NCBI GenBank assembly: GCA_964348515.1
Contig: CAYGDA010000002.1
Location: 12,752-76,751 of the forward strand
Length of the DNA: 64,000 bases
Source: an uncultured Candidatus Saccharibacteria bacterium
GTDB lineage: Bacteria; Patescibacteriota; Minisyncoccia; Phycocordibacterales; UBA5272
Direction: 5' to 3'
A model generated the notes under the pieces. That model had not been told where the DNA came from and did not search any database. It was given only the letters and a program-made list of their open reading frames with translations. A program made the translations under genes and the position numbers. Shown here in pieces: positions 1 through 9,943 of the stretch (within the stretch, counting starts at the first letter, position 1; each line of letters opens with the position of its first letter).

Positions 1-1
1 T

Positions 2-2425
2 TCCGTCGTAGGGGCGTCAACACTAACAACGGATGCCGCCGGTCCGCTTGGCTATTTGGCGGAAGGGGCGAGGACTAATCTTCAAACATACTCAGATATA
101 TTTGCATTTGGTCAGGGAGGAGGAGTGGCATCCGGAGGTTCGGCGGCTCAAGTAACCGCCGTCACTCCGTATGGGACTACACCCTCAACCGTTGTTCAAT
201 TCTCTGCGAATGTTCAATATGGGGAATATGATACGGGCCCGGGGTTCGCTGTTGTATCTGGTACTACTTATACTTGGAGTTTTTGGGCTAAAAGCATTTC
301 GGGTAACACGAACATCTCATATATTTTCCACGAGACTGGTGGTACTCCAGTCTACACAATTGCAGATTTCACTGTTACGTCATCGTGGCAGAGATATTCG
401 TTTACGAGGACAGTGGGGGGAGGTAATACAACGATGACTCTTGGGTTGGGGGACAGGAATGCCTCCGGGCCTTTTGCGGTACTTCAATTTTTTGGTTCCC
501 AGTTTGAACAAGCTTCTTTCGCCTCATCTTACATCCCCACCACGAGCGGGACAGTGACGCGCAACATAGACTTATTGTTGTATCAAAAAACAAATAATCT
601 AAATGTTGCGACAGGTAGCGCCTATATGGAAGTAACACCCACATGGGGAACCTCCGGGCCGGGTACAAGCCCCAGGTTTCTGGCGCCATACAATTCACCT
701 ACAGCTCTGGAATTTTTGGGGACGAACCCCAGCGGGATTACTGCTGAAATGTACAACACTAGCGATGGAGGCAGTGCTGTAAGCGCAGCCTATACTCCCG
801 GGGTAATGAAAAGGGTAGGGTCAAAATGGGGGGGAGGGACTTGGAAACCGTTTGCGGCGGGGGTTGGTGGAGCGGGTAGTGTGTATACACTCACTTCGGA
901 CTCGGCAACTACTCTTGTCATCGGTGGGTCAACAAACAACGGTCAGGATTCTTCGTATACAAATATTCGTAACGTGAAAATTTGGCCGAAGATTTTAACG
1001 GACGCCCAGCTTGTGACAATGACGAGCACCAACAGCACGCAGGCTCGCTCTGTGATATCGCAGGCGGCGGTAAATCCTCCGACTAAAACCGGACTCGTCG
1101 GTCATTGGAAGCTTGACGAAGGTACCGGAATAAAAGCGAATGATTCTTCCGCGAGCGTAAATTCAGGTACGCTTGTTGGTGGTCCGACTTGGACAACGGG
1201 GAAGTTAGGCAAAGCACTCAATTTTAATGGTTCAAGCCAGTATATAAATGCCGGTACACAAAGTGTTACGGGTTCTTTCGCGCTTTCTTGTTGGGTAAAA
1301 ACAAATACAATTACCGTATATCAGCGGTGTGTGGAAAAGGGAATGTACAGTAACGGTTGGTTGCTTGGCATAACAAACCTTGGTAAGGCGGATTTCACGG
1401 TTGGCGACGGAGCTACATACAGACAGCGCGCGGGGCTAACTACTTTGGATACAAATAAGTGGTATCACATCACGGGTGTTTATGATTCTTCGGTTCAGAA
1501 AATGTATATTTATTTAAATGGGGTGCTGGATAATACACCGCTTGATATAACAGGATATGTTATTGCAAACCCGAGTAATTCTGTTCAGATAGGGGCGGAA
1601 CTGTCGGCTTCGTATTTGTTTAACGGTTCAATTGATGATGTGCGTATTTATAACCGCACTGTGTCAGTTGCAGAAATCGCAGCTCTCTATAAAACAGGCG
1701 CCACAGTTATAAATGCCGGCACTAATAATTCTCTGACAAACGGGCTTGTGGGTCTCTGGTCGTTTGACGGTAAGGATGTGAATTGGGGTTCAAATACTGC
1801 GTTTGACCGGAGCGGTCAGGGGAATAACGGTACGTTTAATTTAATGAGTACGACCTCTTCTCCCGTGAAAGGGAAAATTGGACAGGGGATGTATTTTGAC
1901 AGCGTTGATGATTATGTTTCAGTAAACAACAGCGTGTCGCTTCAGCCTCTTACCGGAAATTGGTCGGTAGGATTCTGGATTAACCGTAAGGGGCTTGGCA
2001 CGGGTGATTTTCCTGAAGTTATTGGTTCGCGCCCTTGGCTGACTGGCGTTGATAAAGGATGGGCTGTTTCTCTTTCTACCGCTGATACTAAAATGTCGGC
2101 ACATTACGCTGATGGTACTGTGGGATTTGATGTTCCTGCGCAAAGAAGCGCTTCTGTTGTACCGCTTAATACTTGGCAACATTGGGTTGTGGTCTTTGAC
2201 AGAACAAACAGCAAGTTGAATTTTTATTTAAATGGTCAGCTTGACGTCCAAAATTCCGTGGCCTTTCCTTCGGGGACAATTGACCAGGCGGATAACATTT
2301 ACATAGGTAGGGAAATAGGCGGGGGCAACAACAGGAGATTGAATGCCATTTTGGATGATGTGCGTGTATATAATAGAGCGCTTTCGGCAACAGAAGCTAA
2401 GCAGATGTATAACCTCGGCAAATGA
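2..2425 (+). CDS. LamG / concanavalin-A-like lectin domain repeat protein, probably 5'-truncated by the window edge
   Basis: The frame is open from nt 2 with no upstream stop and no ATG before TTG at 56. Repeated LamG-type motifs recur (GLVGxW..DG....SGQGN.GT, DDVRIYNR.LSA.E). No signal peptide is present, unlike the downstream paralogue. Confidence 0.6.
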   Translation, partial: SVVGASTLTTDAAGPLGYLAEGARTNLQTYSDIFAFGQGGGVASGGSAAQVTAVTPYGTTPSTVVQFSANVQYGEYDTGPGFAVVSGTTYTWSFWAKSISGNTNISYIFHETGGTPVYTIADFTVTSSWQRYSFTRTVGGGNTTMTLGLGDRNASGPFAVLQFFGSQFEQASFASSYIPTTSGTVTRNIDLLLYQKTNNLNVATGSAYMEVTPTWGTSGPGTSPRFLAPYNSPTALEFLGTNPSGITAEMYNTSDGGSAVSAAYTPGVMKRVGSKWGGGTWKPFAAGVGGAGSVYTLTSDSATTLVIGGSTNNGQDSSYTNIRNVKIWPKILTDAQLVTMTSTNSTQARSVISQAAVNPPTKTGLVGHWKLDEGTGIKANDSSASVNSGTLVGGPTWTTGKLGKALNFNGSSQYINAGTQSVTGSFALSCWVKTNTITVYQRCVEKGMYSNGWLLGITNLGKADFTVGDGATYRQRAGLTTLDTNKWYHITGVYDSSVQKMYIYLNGVLDNTPLDITGYVIANPSNSVQIGAELSASYLFNGSIDDVRIYNRTVSVAEIAALYKTGATVINAGTNNSLTNGLVGLWSFDGKDVNWGSNTAFDRSGQGNNGTFNLMSTTSSPVKGKIGQGMYFDSVDDYVSVNNSVSLQPLTGNWSVGFWINRKGLGTGDFPEVIGSRPWLTGVDKGWAVSLSTADTKMSAHYADGTVGFDVPAQRSASVVPLNTWQHWVVVFDRTNSKLNFYLNGQLDVQNSVAFPSGTIDQADNIYIGREIGGGNNRRLNAILDDVRVYNRALSATEAKQMYNLGK

Positions 2426-4620
2426 TTATGAGAACAGATATTAAAAAATTCGCCAAGTTTACAACAATTGTTGTTTTTGTTTTGTCGTTGCCTGTGAGCG
2501 TGAGCGCGGCAATCAAAACCTCTGCCTCCGTTCCCGGGCCCACAAAAGGTCTTGTAGGTTACTGGACACTTGATGGCAAAGACACGAACTGGTCTGCCAA
2601 TACTACATCGGATAAAAGCGGTCAGGGGAATACGGGAACGCTTATATCAATGAGCACAACAACCAGTCCCAGACAGGGAATAATTGGTCAGGCGCTGAAA
2701 TTCAACGCAAGTGGCCGTGTAAATGTACCTAATTACAACATAAACTCAAATCAAATCACGGTTAGTTTTTGGTTTAACACGGATGACGCTAATACGGTGC
2801 GGCGGATAATTGAACATGATTGGAATGTTGGAGGTGTATTTACTACACACATTAACTCAGGCACGGTAAACGCATGTTTCAATGGTACGTGTAGTCCGAT
2901 GTTGACGGCTCCAATTGTTGCTAATAAATGGTATCACCTCGTACTGACTTATAGTGGAACTACAGCCCGAATGTATTTGAATGGTGTTCAGCAGGCTCCG
3001 GCGAATTATGGGACAGCTATTGCAAACTCAACGCATGATATTTTTATCGGGAGTTCGAGCTTCCCCTTCAGTGGCATGATTGACGATGTTCGCATGTATA
3101 ACCGTGCGTTGTCTGCAAGAGAAGTAATAAGTCTTTATAACCAAGGTGCCGCGGGAATTAAATCAGGAGCGAGCCAAACAAGCGCGAATGTCCCGATAAA
3201 CAGCGGTCTTGTCGGCTACTGGCCCATGGACGGGAGAGATGTGAACTGGACTGCAAACACGACGGCGGACAAAAGCGGGCAGGGAAATACAGGCACCCTC
3301 ATTAATATGAGTACAACAACTTCTCCCTCGCAGGGGGTAATCGGTCAGGCTCTTAATTTCAATGGCTCTAATTATGCAGTGACAGCCAACAATGACGCTC
3401 TTAATTTCGGCACAGGCCCGTTTTCTTTTTCCGTATGGGTTAATGCGAATAGTTTAACGGCTAATGCAGATGGGGTATTTTCAAAAGACTCATATGCCGG
3501 GGGTAATTCATATACCGGGTATCTCGTTAATGTACGCGCCGGTCCAACATGGAGTTTTGAAACGCGTAATGTTGTCTCTGGTGCCGGTCCTGATAATGTC
3601 GTGTTAAGCGCGTCTAACGCAACAACCGGGTGGACGCATATTGTAGCAGTGCGGAGCGGAAATTCTCCCGCAGTATTGCGTTTATATATTAATGGTGTTT
3701 TGTCCAACACAACAACTGAAGGCTCTGTAACTGATGTTTCCAATTCTGCAGGATTTACTATAGGAAACTTAAATTCAGGTCTCCCGTCACAATATTTTAA
3801 CGGCAAAACAGACGATGTTCGTGCTTACAACCGCGCGCTTTCCGCAAGCGAAATAAAGCAGCTTTATCAACAAGGCGCGGCTGGGCTCAAATCAGCTTCA
3901 AGCCAGACGGGTGCAAATGTTCCCATAAACAACGGGCTCGTTGGCTATTGGCCGTTTGACGGCAAAGATACAAATTGGACAACGGGTATGACGGCTGACA
4001 AAAGCGGACAAGGAAACATGGGCACGCTTGTTAATATGAGTACTACTACTTCTCCAGCGCAGGGAAAGATTGGACAGGCTTTTAGATTTGGCGGAGCAAC
4101 AAGTTATATTAATGTGGGCAATCCCGCGTCTTTGTCTTTCTCTAATCAGTCGTTTTCCGTGAGCTCCTGGGTAAGGCTAAATACTGTTCCTACAGCCGAC
4201 GGAAACGACATCGGGATTGTTGCGGACTACAGAAATACTAACGCACGATGGTTTCTTTATAAATTTAGAAATGCCGCGGGTACATTTGCTTTCGCTCTTG
4301 ATACTAACGGGGCGTGGTCGCCGGACAAGACAGCTTTCGGCTCAACTGTTCCCGTGACTAACAGGTGGTACCACGTAGTGGGTGTGTATGACCATTCTAC
4401 GGGGAATGCTTTGATTTATGTGAATGGAGTTTTTGAAAATAATTCCGGGGGGAGTCCTATTACAATCGGGGCGGTTAATGATGTGACAATCGGTAATTGG
4501 TATAGTTTGGACGGACTCGGCGGAACCAGCGGACCTAATGGAGATATTGATGATGTGCGCATTTACAACCGTGCGCTTTCGGTCACGGAAGTTAAAAAAC
4601 TTTATAATTTGGGTCGTTAG
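2422..4620 (+). CDS. Secreted LamG-domain protein with three tandem ~220-aa internal repeats
   Basis: N-terminal signal/TM (FTTIVVFVLSLPVSVSAA). Three repeats each start GLVGYW.(L/M/F)DG.D.NW..N.T.DKSGQGN.GTL..MSTTTSP.QG.IGQA and end DDVR.YNRALS..E...LY. Its ATGA overlaps the upstream stop, suggesting translational coupling. Confidence 0.7.
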   Translation: MIMRTDIKKFAKFTTIVVFVLSLPVSVSAAIKTSASVPGPTKGLVGYWTLDGKDTNWSANTTSDKSGQGNTGTLISMSTTTSPRQGIIGQALKFNASGRVNVPNYNINSNQITVSFWFNTDDANTVRRIIEHDWNVGGVFTTHINSGTVNACFNGTCSPMLTAPIVANKWYHLVLTYSGTTARMYLNGVQQAPANYGTAIANSTHDIFIGSSSFPFSGMIDDVRMYNRALSAREVISLYNQGAAGIKSGASQTSANVPINSGLVGYWPMDGRDVNWTANTTADKSGQGNTGTLINMSTTTSPSQGVIGQALNFNGSNYAVTANNDALNFGTGPFSFSVWVNANSLTANADGVFSKDSYAGGNSYTGYLVNVRAGPTWSFETRNVVSGAGPDNVVLSASNATTGWTHIVAVRSGNSPAVLRLYINGVLSNTTTEGSVTDVSNSAGFTIGNLNSGLPSQYFNGKTDDVRAYNRALSASEIKQLYQQGAAGLKSASSQTGANVPINNGLVGYWPFDGKDTNWTTGMTADKSGQGNMGTLVNMSTTTSPAQGKIGQAFRFGGATSYINVGNPASLSFSNQSFSVSSWVRLNTVPTADGNDIGIVADYRNTNARWFLYKFRNAAGTFAFALDTNGAWSPDKTAFGSTVPVTNRWYHVVGVYDHSTGNALIYVNGVFENNSGGSPITIGAVNDVTIGNWYSLDGLGGTSGPNGDIDDVRIYNRALSVTEVKKLYNLGR

Positions 4621-4702
4621 TGCCGTTTAGGGCGTATTTGAAAAACTTTAATATTGTGGTAATATAGAGAGCAACTAGCCCTCGGGGGCATTTTTTAGTG
4701 GT

Positions 4703-6490
4703 ATGGAGATTAGAAACATTGCGATTATAGCCCACGTTGACCACGGGAAGACTACTCTTACTGATGCCTTGATGAGGCAGACAGGTATGGTGGAGGAAGG
4801 ATTCTCAATGGACTCGAACGACCTTGAAAAGGAGCGGGGTATTACCATTTACTCAAAAAACACCTCTGTCTTATATAAGGATACTAAAATAAACATTGTT
4901 GATACTCCAGGACACGCCGATTTCGGTTCCGAAGTTGAGCGGGTGCTCCGCTCTATTGATTGCGTGCTTTTGGTTGTTGATGCCCAGGAGGGGCCGATGC
5001 CCCAGACGCGTTTTGTTCTGAAAAAATCTCTTGAACTCGGGCTTAAACCGATTGTGGTTATAAATAAAATAGACAAGCCCGCCGCCGACCCAAAACGCGT
5101 GCATGATGAGGTGTTTGAACTTTTTATGGAACTTGGCGCAACTGACGAACAGTTGGATTTTCCTACCGTCTATGCAAACGGCCGTGCCGGGGTGGCTAAG
5201 CGCAATATGGAAGATGAGGCGAAAGACCTGACCCCTATACTTGATTTGGTTTTGGAAAAAGTCGCGGTGGCGAGTGGTCATGAAGAAGGGGTTTTCCGCG
5301 CTCAGGTTTTCAATCTCGCGTACGATAACTTTTTGGGGCGTATGGCTATTGCCAGAGTGTATGAAGGGAAACTTCCAACAGGCGCGGCTATTTTTGCCAA
5401 GAAAAGTTCCGGGGATATTCATAACGGCAAGGTTGCGAAACTTTTTACATTCAAGGGAATTTCCCGCGTGGAAGTAGCGGAGGTTTCTTCGGGCGACATA
5501 GTTTTAATTGCCGGTATTCCGGAAGTTTATATTGGGGATACTCTTTGCATGGATAAGGAAGTGGAAGTTTTGCCGGCTATTGCTATTGATGAGCCAACCA
5601 TCACTTTGGATTTCGTCGTTAACGACAGTCCGTTTGCGGGGCGTGAAGGAAAATATGTAACGGGGCGCCAATTGCGCGAGCGCCTGGAGCGCGAACTTGA
5701 AGTAAACGTGGGATTGCGTATTGAATTTCTGCAGGATGTCTCCCGTGTTTCCGGGCGCGGAGAACTTCATATTGCGATTTTGATTGAAAATCTGCGCCGT
5801 GAAGGTTATGAACTTCAGGTGTCCCAACCGCGGGTTGTGAAGAAGCACGAAGGAGACGCAACTCTTGAACCTTTTGAAGAAGTGACTATAGACGTGCCCG
5901 CAGCGGTTTCCGGCGCGGTAATTGAAAAACTGACAAAGCGCCGCGGCATTATTACTTCCATGGATGAGAAGCACGGGATAATCCGTGTTTTGGCTGAAAT
6001 CCCGACGCGCGGACTTTTGGGCTACCGCAATGAATTTATGATAGACACAAAAGGAGAGGGAATTATTTCCGCGCGGTTTTTGGAGTTCCGTCCGGAAGCG
6101 GGGGACATAAAGAAGAGAGACGTCGGTTCAATGATAACAATGGCTTCAGGAAAAGTTCTGGGCTATTCGCTTTGGAACCTGCAGGAGCGCGGTGTTTTGT
6201 ATATTGCCCCGAATGTTGAAATTTATGAGGGGCAGGTAATCGGCAATACTTCAAAAGGGGAAGAGATGGCGGTAAATCCCACCAAAGGAAAAAATCTTTC
6301 AAATGTGCGTTCTTCAGGAACGGACGAAGCGATTGTCCTTGTTCCGCCGTGGGAGCTTTCCATAGAGCGCGGGCTTGAAGTTATACAGGGCGATGAATAT
6401 TTGGAAGTGACTCCGAAAAGCGTGCGTTTGCGTAAAAAAGTTTTGACGGAAGTTGAACGCGCCAAATCGTCCAGGAAAAAACAGGATTAA
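4703..6490 (+). CDS. typA: Translational GTPase TypA/BipA
   Basis: N-terminus IRNIAIIAHVDHGKTTLTDALM, G-domain motifs DTPGHADF and NKID, 595 aa, full-length BipA architecture. Confidence 0.9.
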   Translation: MEIRNIAIIAHVDHGKTTLTDALMRQTGMVEEGFSMDSNDLEKERGITIYSKNTSVLYKDTKINIVDTPGHADFGSEVERVLRSIDCVLLVVDAQEGPMPQTRFVLKKSLELGLKPIVVINKIDKPAADPKRVHDEVFELFMELGATDEQLDFPTVYANGRAGVAKRNMEDEAKDLTPILDLVLEKVAVASGHEEGVFRAQVFNLAYDNFLGRMAIARVYEGKLPTGAAIFAKKSSGDIHNGKVAKLFTFKGISRVEVAEVSSGDIVLIAGIPEVYIGDTLCMDKEVEVLPAIAIDEPTITLDFVVNDSPFAGREGKYVTGRQLRERLERELEVNVGLRIEFLQDVSRVSGRGELHIAILIENLRREGYELQVSQPRVVKKHEGDATLEPFEEVTIDVPAAVSGAVIEKLTKRRGIITSMDEKHGIIRVLAEIPTRGLLGYRNEFMIDTKGEGIISARFLEFRPEAGDIKKRDVGSMITMASGKVLGYSLWNLQERGVLYIAPNVEIYEGQVIGNTSKGEEMAVNPTKGKNLSNVRSSGTDEAIVLVPPWELSIERGLEVIQGDEYLEVTPKSVRLRKKVLTEVERAKSSRKKQD

Positions 6491-6518
6491 ATAAGGGCAG
6501 TCGTGTAAAATACTAAGT

Positions 6519-7004
6519 ATGGTGAGCAAGACTATCAAGATATCAGTTGCAGTTTCAGTTTTGGCTGTTGTGGCGATAATAGGCACGGCGGCTTTTTTTT
6601 CTTTTTTCAAAACAAGCATAAAGGAGCTGCAGAAAACTGACAAGGCAGTGGTAGCTGTTTCTTTTCCGGCGCGCAATGTTTCCGTTAACGCGAAAGTTGC
6701 CGATACTGCCGTGTCGCGCGCGCAGGGCCTTTCAGGCACGGAACCGTTGAAAGAAGATGAAGGAATGTTTTTCGTTTTTGATAATCCAGGGCGCCAAATT
6801 TTTTTTATGAAGGATATGAAATACAGTCTTGATATTTTCTGGCTCGATGAATCAAAGAAAATTATTTTTATTGAAAGGGAAGTAAGCCCTGATACTTATC
6901 CGAAAACTTTTTCCTCGGACAAACCGGCCAAATACGTGCTTGAAGTAATTGCCGGTTTTGCCGAAAGACACGGCGTTTCTTTGGGGGATATGGCGTCCTG
7001 GTAG
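6519..7004 (+). CDS. DUF192 (COG1430) family protein with N-terminal TM
   Basis: N-terminal hydrophobic helix. Conserved DUF192 core (MFFVFD..G...FFMKDMKYSLDIFWLD..KKII.I...SP). Confidence 0.6.
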   Translation: MVSKTIKISVAVSVLAVVAIIGTAAFFSFFKTSIKELQKTDKAVVAVSFPARNVSVNAKVADTAVSRAQGLSGTEPLKEDEGMFFVFDNPGRQIFFMKDMKYSLDIFWLDESKKIIFIEREVSPDTYPKTFSSDKPAKYVLEVIAGFAERHGVSLGDMASW

Positions 7005-7007
7005 GGG

Positions 7008-7036
7008 TTTACATAGTCTTTTTATCGTTGTATAAT
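7008..7036 (+). promoter_or_regulatory. Sigma70-like promoter for RNase P RNA (TTTACA-17-TATAAT)
   Basis: TTTACA at 7008-7013 and TATAAT at 7031-7036 with a 17-nt spacer, placing the start of transcription about 7043 at the 5' strand of P1. Confidence 0.5.
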
Positions 7037-7042
7037 TTTGCC

Positions 7043-7392
7043 GTTGTGTTGGGCAGCCGCTCCGCGGGATTTTTATCTCACGGGGAGGAAAGTCCGAACA
7101 CTCGCCTTGGGTTTTTCTCAAGGCAGCAGGGTAGCGGGTAACGCCCGTCGTTCCGCGCCACTTTTGGTTTTTAAATCTTGAATGTCAAAAGTGGCGCGGA
7201 ATAGAGCTGAGAACAGAAACGACCCGGTTTAGTCCGGCTGAAACGGCAAAATGCTTACCTGTGTGCAAGGCCGTGCCCCTCCCGCAAGGGAGAGGAGTGC
7301 CGCTCGAGCCTGGGAGTAATTTCAGGCCCAGATGAATGGCTGCCGTTCCGCCTCAGGGCGGGATACAGAATTCGGCTTATAAACACAACACA
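7043..7392 (+). ncRNA. rnpB: RNase P RNA, bacterial type A
   Basis: Universally conserved elements are present: P4 5' strand GGAGGAAAGTCCGAACAC, GGGTAACGCC...GCGCCAC (P10/11-J11/12), ACAGAAACGACCC, and AGATGAATGGCTGCCG...ACAGAATTCGGCTTAT (P4 3' strand). P1 pairing is gttgtgtt (7043-50) with aacacaac (7381-88). Confidence 0.85.
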
Positions 7393-7396
7393 TCAA

Positions 7397-7426
7397 AAAA
7401 CGCTGTCAACACCAGCGTTTTTTGTT
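7397..7426 (+). terminator. Rho-independent terminator after rnpB
   Basis: aacgctg-tcaacac-cagcgtt hairpin followed by TTTTTTG. Confidence 0.6.
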
Positions 7427-7499
7427 TGCTTGCCCAGGCGAAAGGCGATATAATTTTCTACTATTAACAGTAGAAGTATAAAAAGCAGTTATTACATTT

Positions 7500-9914
7500 A
7501 TGGAAGAGAAAAAGGCAAGTGTTTTACTTGATAAGGTTTCGTTTTTTGTCATAGTTATAAGCGCATTTTTATTGCCGTTGTTTTTCCTGTCATCTCCCGG
7601 CGTGTCTCTCGATGTCAGCAAGGCAGTTCTTTTGTACCCCGCGATTCTGTTGGCTTTCGCGTTGTGGATTATGGCCCGTCTTGTTGACGGCAATTTCTTT
7701 ATTCCGAAATCAGCGACACTTTTGTCGGTGTTTTTGGTTTCTGTCGTGTTCTTTCTTTCTTCGCTTGTATCGCAGTCGCCTATAGTTTCCATGATAGGGC
7801 TCGGTCCTGAGACGGGAACATTTCTTGCCATAGCGCTTATGTCTATTGCCGCGTTTTTGGCTTCGCTTTTCTTCCAGTCGAAAAATAACGTTTTCTACTT
7901 CTACAGTGCTCTCCTTGTCTCGTTCGTTGTTGCGGTGGTCTTTCAGGCCATACGGGTGCTTTCAAACGGTTCTATGCTTTCTTTCGGGGTATTTGCCGAC
8001 ACTTCAGGAAATCTCGTTGGAAAATGGAATGATTTTGCCATCTTCCTTGGTTTTATAGTTACTTTGGCTCTTTCGGCTCTTGAATTCTTGACCATTTCCA
8101 CCGGTCTGCGGTCTCTTCTGATTGCTGTGGTAGTTGCCGGGTTGGCGTTCCTTTCCCTGGTTAATTTTTCTTTAGCTTGGCTTTTCACCGGCGTATTTGC
8201 CCTGGTTCTTTTCCTTTACGGACATTATTACGTGTCCCGCGAATCAGGCAGCGTGCCTGCTTCCACAGGATCATGGTTTTTGAAGACCTCGTTTTTCGTT
8301 ACCATAATCTCCCTGTTCTTCTTCTTCTTTACTCTAGCCACCTCGCAGAACCCTCTGTTTTACAGAAGTGCCGCAGAGCAGCAGAAAGTGTTAAGCGGGG
8401 AAGTAAAAGCTTCGCGTTTTGAAATAGGACAGCTTGAAGTAAGACCTTCGTTTTCAGGAACCTGGGATGTAATAAAGGCTGAAAAATCAAAAAGCTTCTG
8501 GCTCGGGGCAGGACCAAACCGTTTCGTGAATGAATGGCTGTCTTCAAAACCTGCCGGCGTAAATGAATCTATATTTTGGGGAACAGACTTCAATTTCGGC
8601 TATGGTCTAATACCGACGTTTGCTGTTACGACGGGTTTCTTGGGTTTCTTGGCTTTCCTTTTCCTTATAATCTCCTTCGTTTACAGGGGAGGCAAAGCAA
8701 TGCTTTCCGGCGGGCTGACGCGCGTATCCAACTTTACGGTCGCATCTTCCTTCTTGGGAGCTTTGTATCTCTGGGTTTTCTCCCTTATGTACGTGCCCGG
8801 GGTAGCTTTGTTTACGCTCATGTTCATAATGACCGGACTTGCGATAGGAGTTTTGGCGTCTGAAGGATTTGTACGTCGTACGGCGTTCAATGTGTTTTCA
8901 AGTCGGGTTGTAAGCTTTATTTCAATTCTCGTTTTACTCCTTGTGCTTATGGGGGTTCTCTACGGCGGGTACCAGCTTACAAAGAGGCTTTCGAGCATAT
9001 TCTCATTCGCCGAAGCGTCCGTAAAGGCGAACACCGGAAACGATTTGGACGGAGCTGAGGCACTTTTGAATGAGGCCGCTTCTTCCGCTCCCCACGATCT
9101 TTATTTCCGCAGTATGTCGGAACTCCAACTTCTTAAATTGAATGTTATCGCTTCAAAAACAGGTACGGATGCGGAGAAGGAAACATTACAGAAAAACTTC
9201 CTCGATACCCTGGGTAAAGCGATTGCCGGAGCGGAAAATGCCATAAAGTTCGATAGGACCAATTACCTTAACTTCGTGGCTCTGGCGCGTATTTATGAGG
9301 CAATTTTGCCCATTGTACCGCAGAATTCTTACGACAGTGCCTACAAGAATGCCCGCGCCGGGTATGACCAGGCTCTTATCCTGAATCCTCACAGTCCCGG
9401 GTTATATCTGACGGAGGCCAGACTTGAGGTTACCCACAAGGATTTGAAGGCCGTGCGTGCCCTTCTTGAGAAGGCTCTTACAGAAAAGACAAATTACACG
9501 GAAGCGGTGTTCCTTCTTTCCCAACTTGAGGCAACGGAGAATAATATTCCCGCGGCTATCGCCAGAGCGGAAGATGCCGCCCGTCTTGCGCCTAACGAGA
9601 TAATAATTTTCTTCCAGTTGGGTCTTCTTAAATACAATAACCGCGATTACAAGGGCGCGGTGGAAGCCCTTGAAAGAGCTGTGTACCTGAACAATAATTA
9701 CTCTAATGCCAGATACTTCCTCGGCCTCTCTTACCAGAAGCTTGGACGTACTTCGGATGCCGTTACCCAATTCCAGAGAATTCAGGAGCTCAATCCTGAT
9801 AACAGCGAAGTAAAACAAATTCTGTCCAATCTTCAGGCCAGCAAGGATCCGTTTGAAGCGGCTCCGACAAAGCCTGAGAAGCGAAGCAAGCTTCCTGTTC
9901 AGGACCAGAACTAA
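7500..9914 (+). CDS. Polytopic membrane protein with C-terminal TPR repeats (O-antigen-ligase-like N-domain)
   Basis: About 12 predicted TM helices in the first ~480 aa. The C-terminal ~300 aa carry TPR-like repeats (AEALLNEA, ARIYEA, YFLGLSYQKLGRTSDAV..FQRIQELNPDN). Confidence 0.5.
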   Translation: MEEKKASVLLDKVSFFVIVISAFLLPLFFLSSPGVSLDVSKAVLLYPAILLAFALWIMARLVDGNFFIPKSATLLSVFLVSVVFFLSSLVSQSPIVSMIGLGPETGTFLAIALMSIAAFLASLFFQSKNNVFYFYSALLVSFVVAVVFQAIRVLSNGSMLSFGVFADTSGNLVGKWNDFAIFLGFIVTLALSALEFLTISTGLRSLLIAVVVAGLAFLSLVNFSLAWLFTGVFALVLFLYGHYYVSRESGSVPASTGSWFLKTSFFVTIISLFFFFFTLATSQNPLFYRSAAEQQKVLSGEVKASRFEIGQLEVRPSFSGTWDVIKAEKSKSFWLGAGPNRFVNEWLSSKPAGVNESIFWGTDFNFGYGLIPTFAVTTGFLGFLAFLFLIISFVYRGGKAMLSGGLTRVSNFTVASSFLGALYLWVFSLMYVPGVALFTLMFIMTGLAIGVLASEGFVRRTAFNVFSSRVVSFISILVLLLVLMGVLYGGYQLTKRLSSIFSFAEASVKANTGNDLDGAEALLNEAASSAPHDLYFRSMSELQLLKLNVIASKTGTDAEKETLQKNFLDTLGKAIAGAENAIKFDRTNYLNFVALARIYEAILPIVPQNSYDSAYKNARAGYDQALILNPHSPGLYLTEARLEVTHKDLKAVRALLEKALTEKTNYTEAVFLLSQLEATENNIPAAIARAEDAARLAPNEIIIFFQLGLLKYNNRDYKGAVEALERAVYLNNNYSNARYFLGLSYQKLGRTSDAVTQFQRIQELNPDNSEVKQILSNLQASKDPFEAAPTKPEKRSKLPVQDQN

Positions 9915-9943
9915 GATAAAAGTGCCCGAGTTACATAGATAGA

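Noticed and set aside
2422-4620. Periodic ~660-nt repeats that could superficially suggest a repeat array or CRISPR
   Set aside because: The repeats are long, in-frame and protein-coding (LamG units), with no short direct repeats separated by unique spacers. No CRISPR array occurs anywhere in the window.
4871-5974. Multiple antisense ORFs (for example 4871-5422 and 5504-5974, minus) inside typA; similarly 19798-20499 (+) inside valS, 31993-32255 (+) inside zupT, and 44226-44684 (-) inside pilT
   Set aside because: These are shadow ORFs on the opposite strand of well-supported conserved genes. They have no domain signatures.
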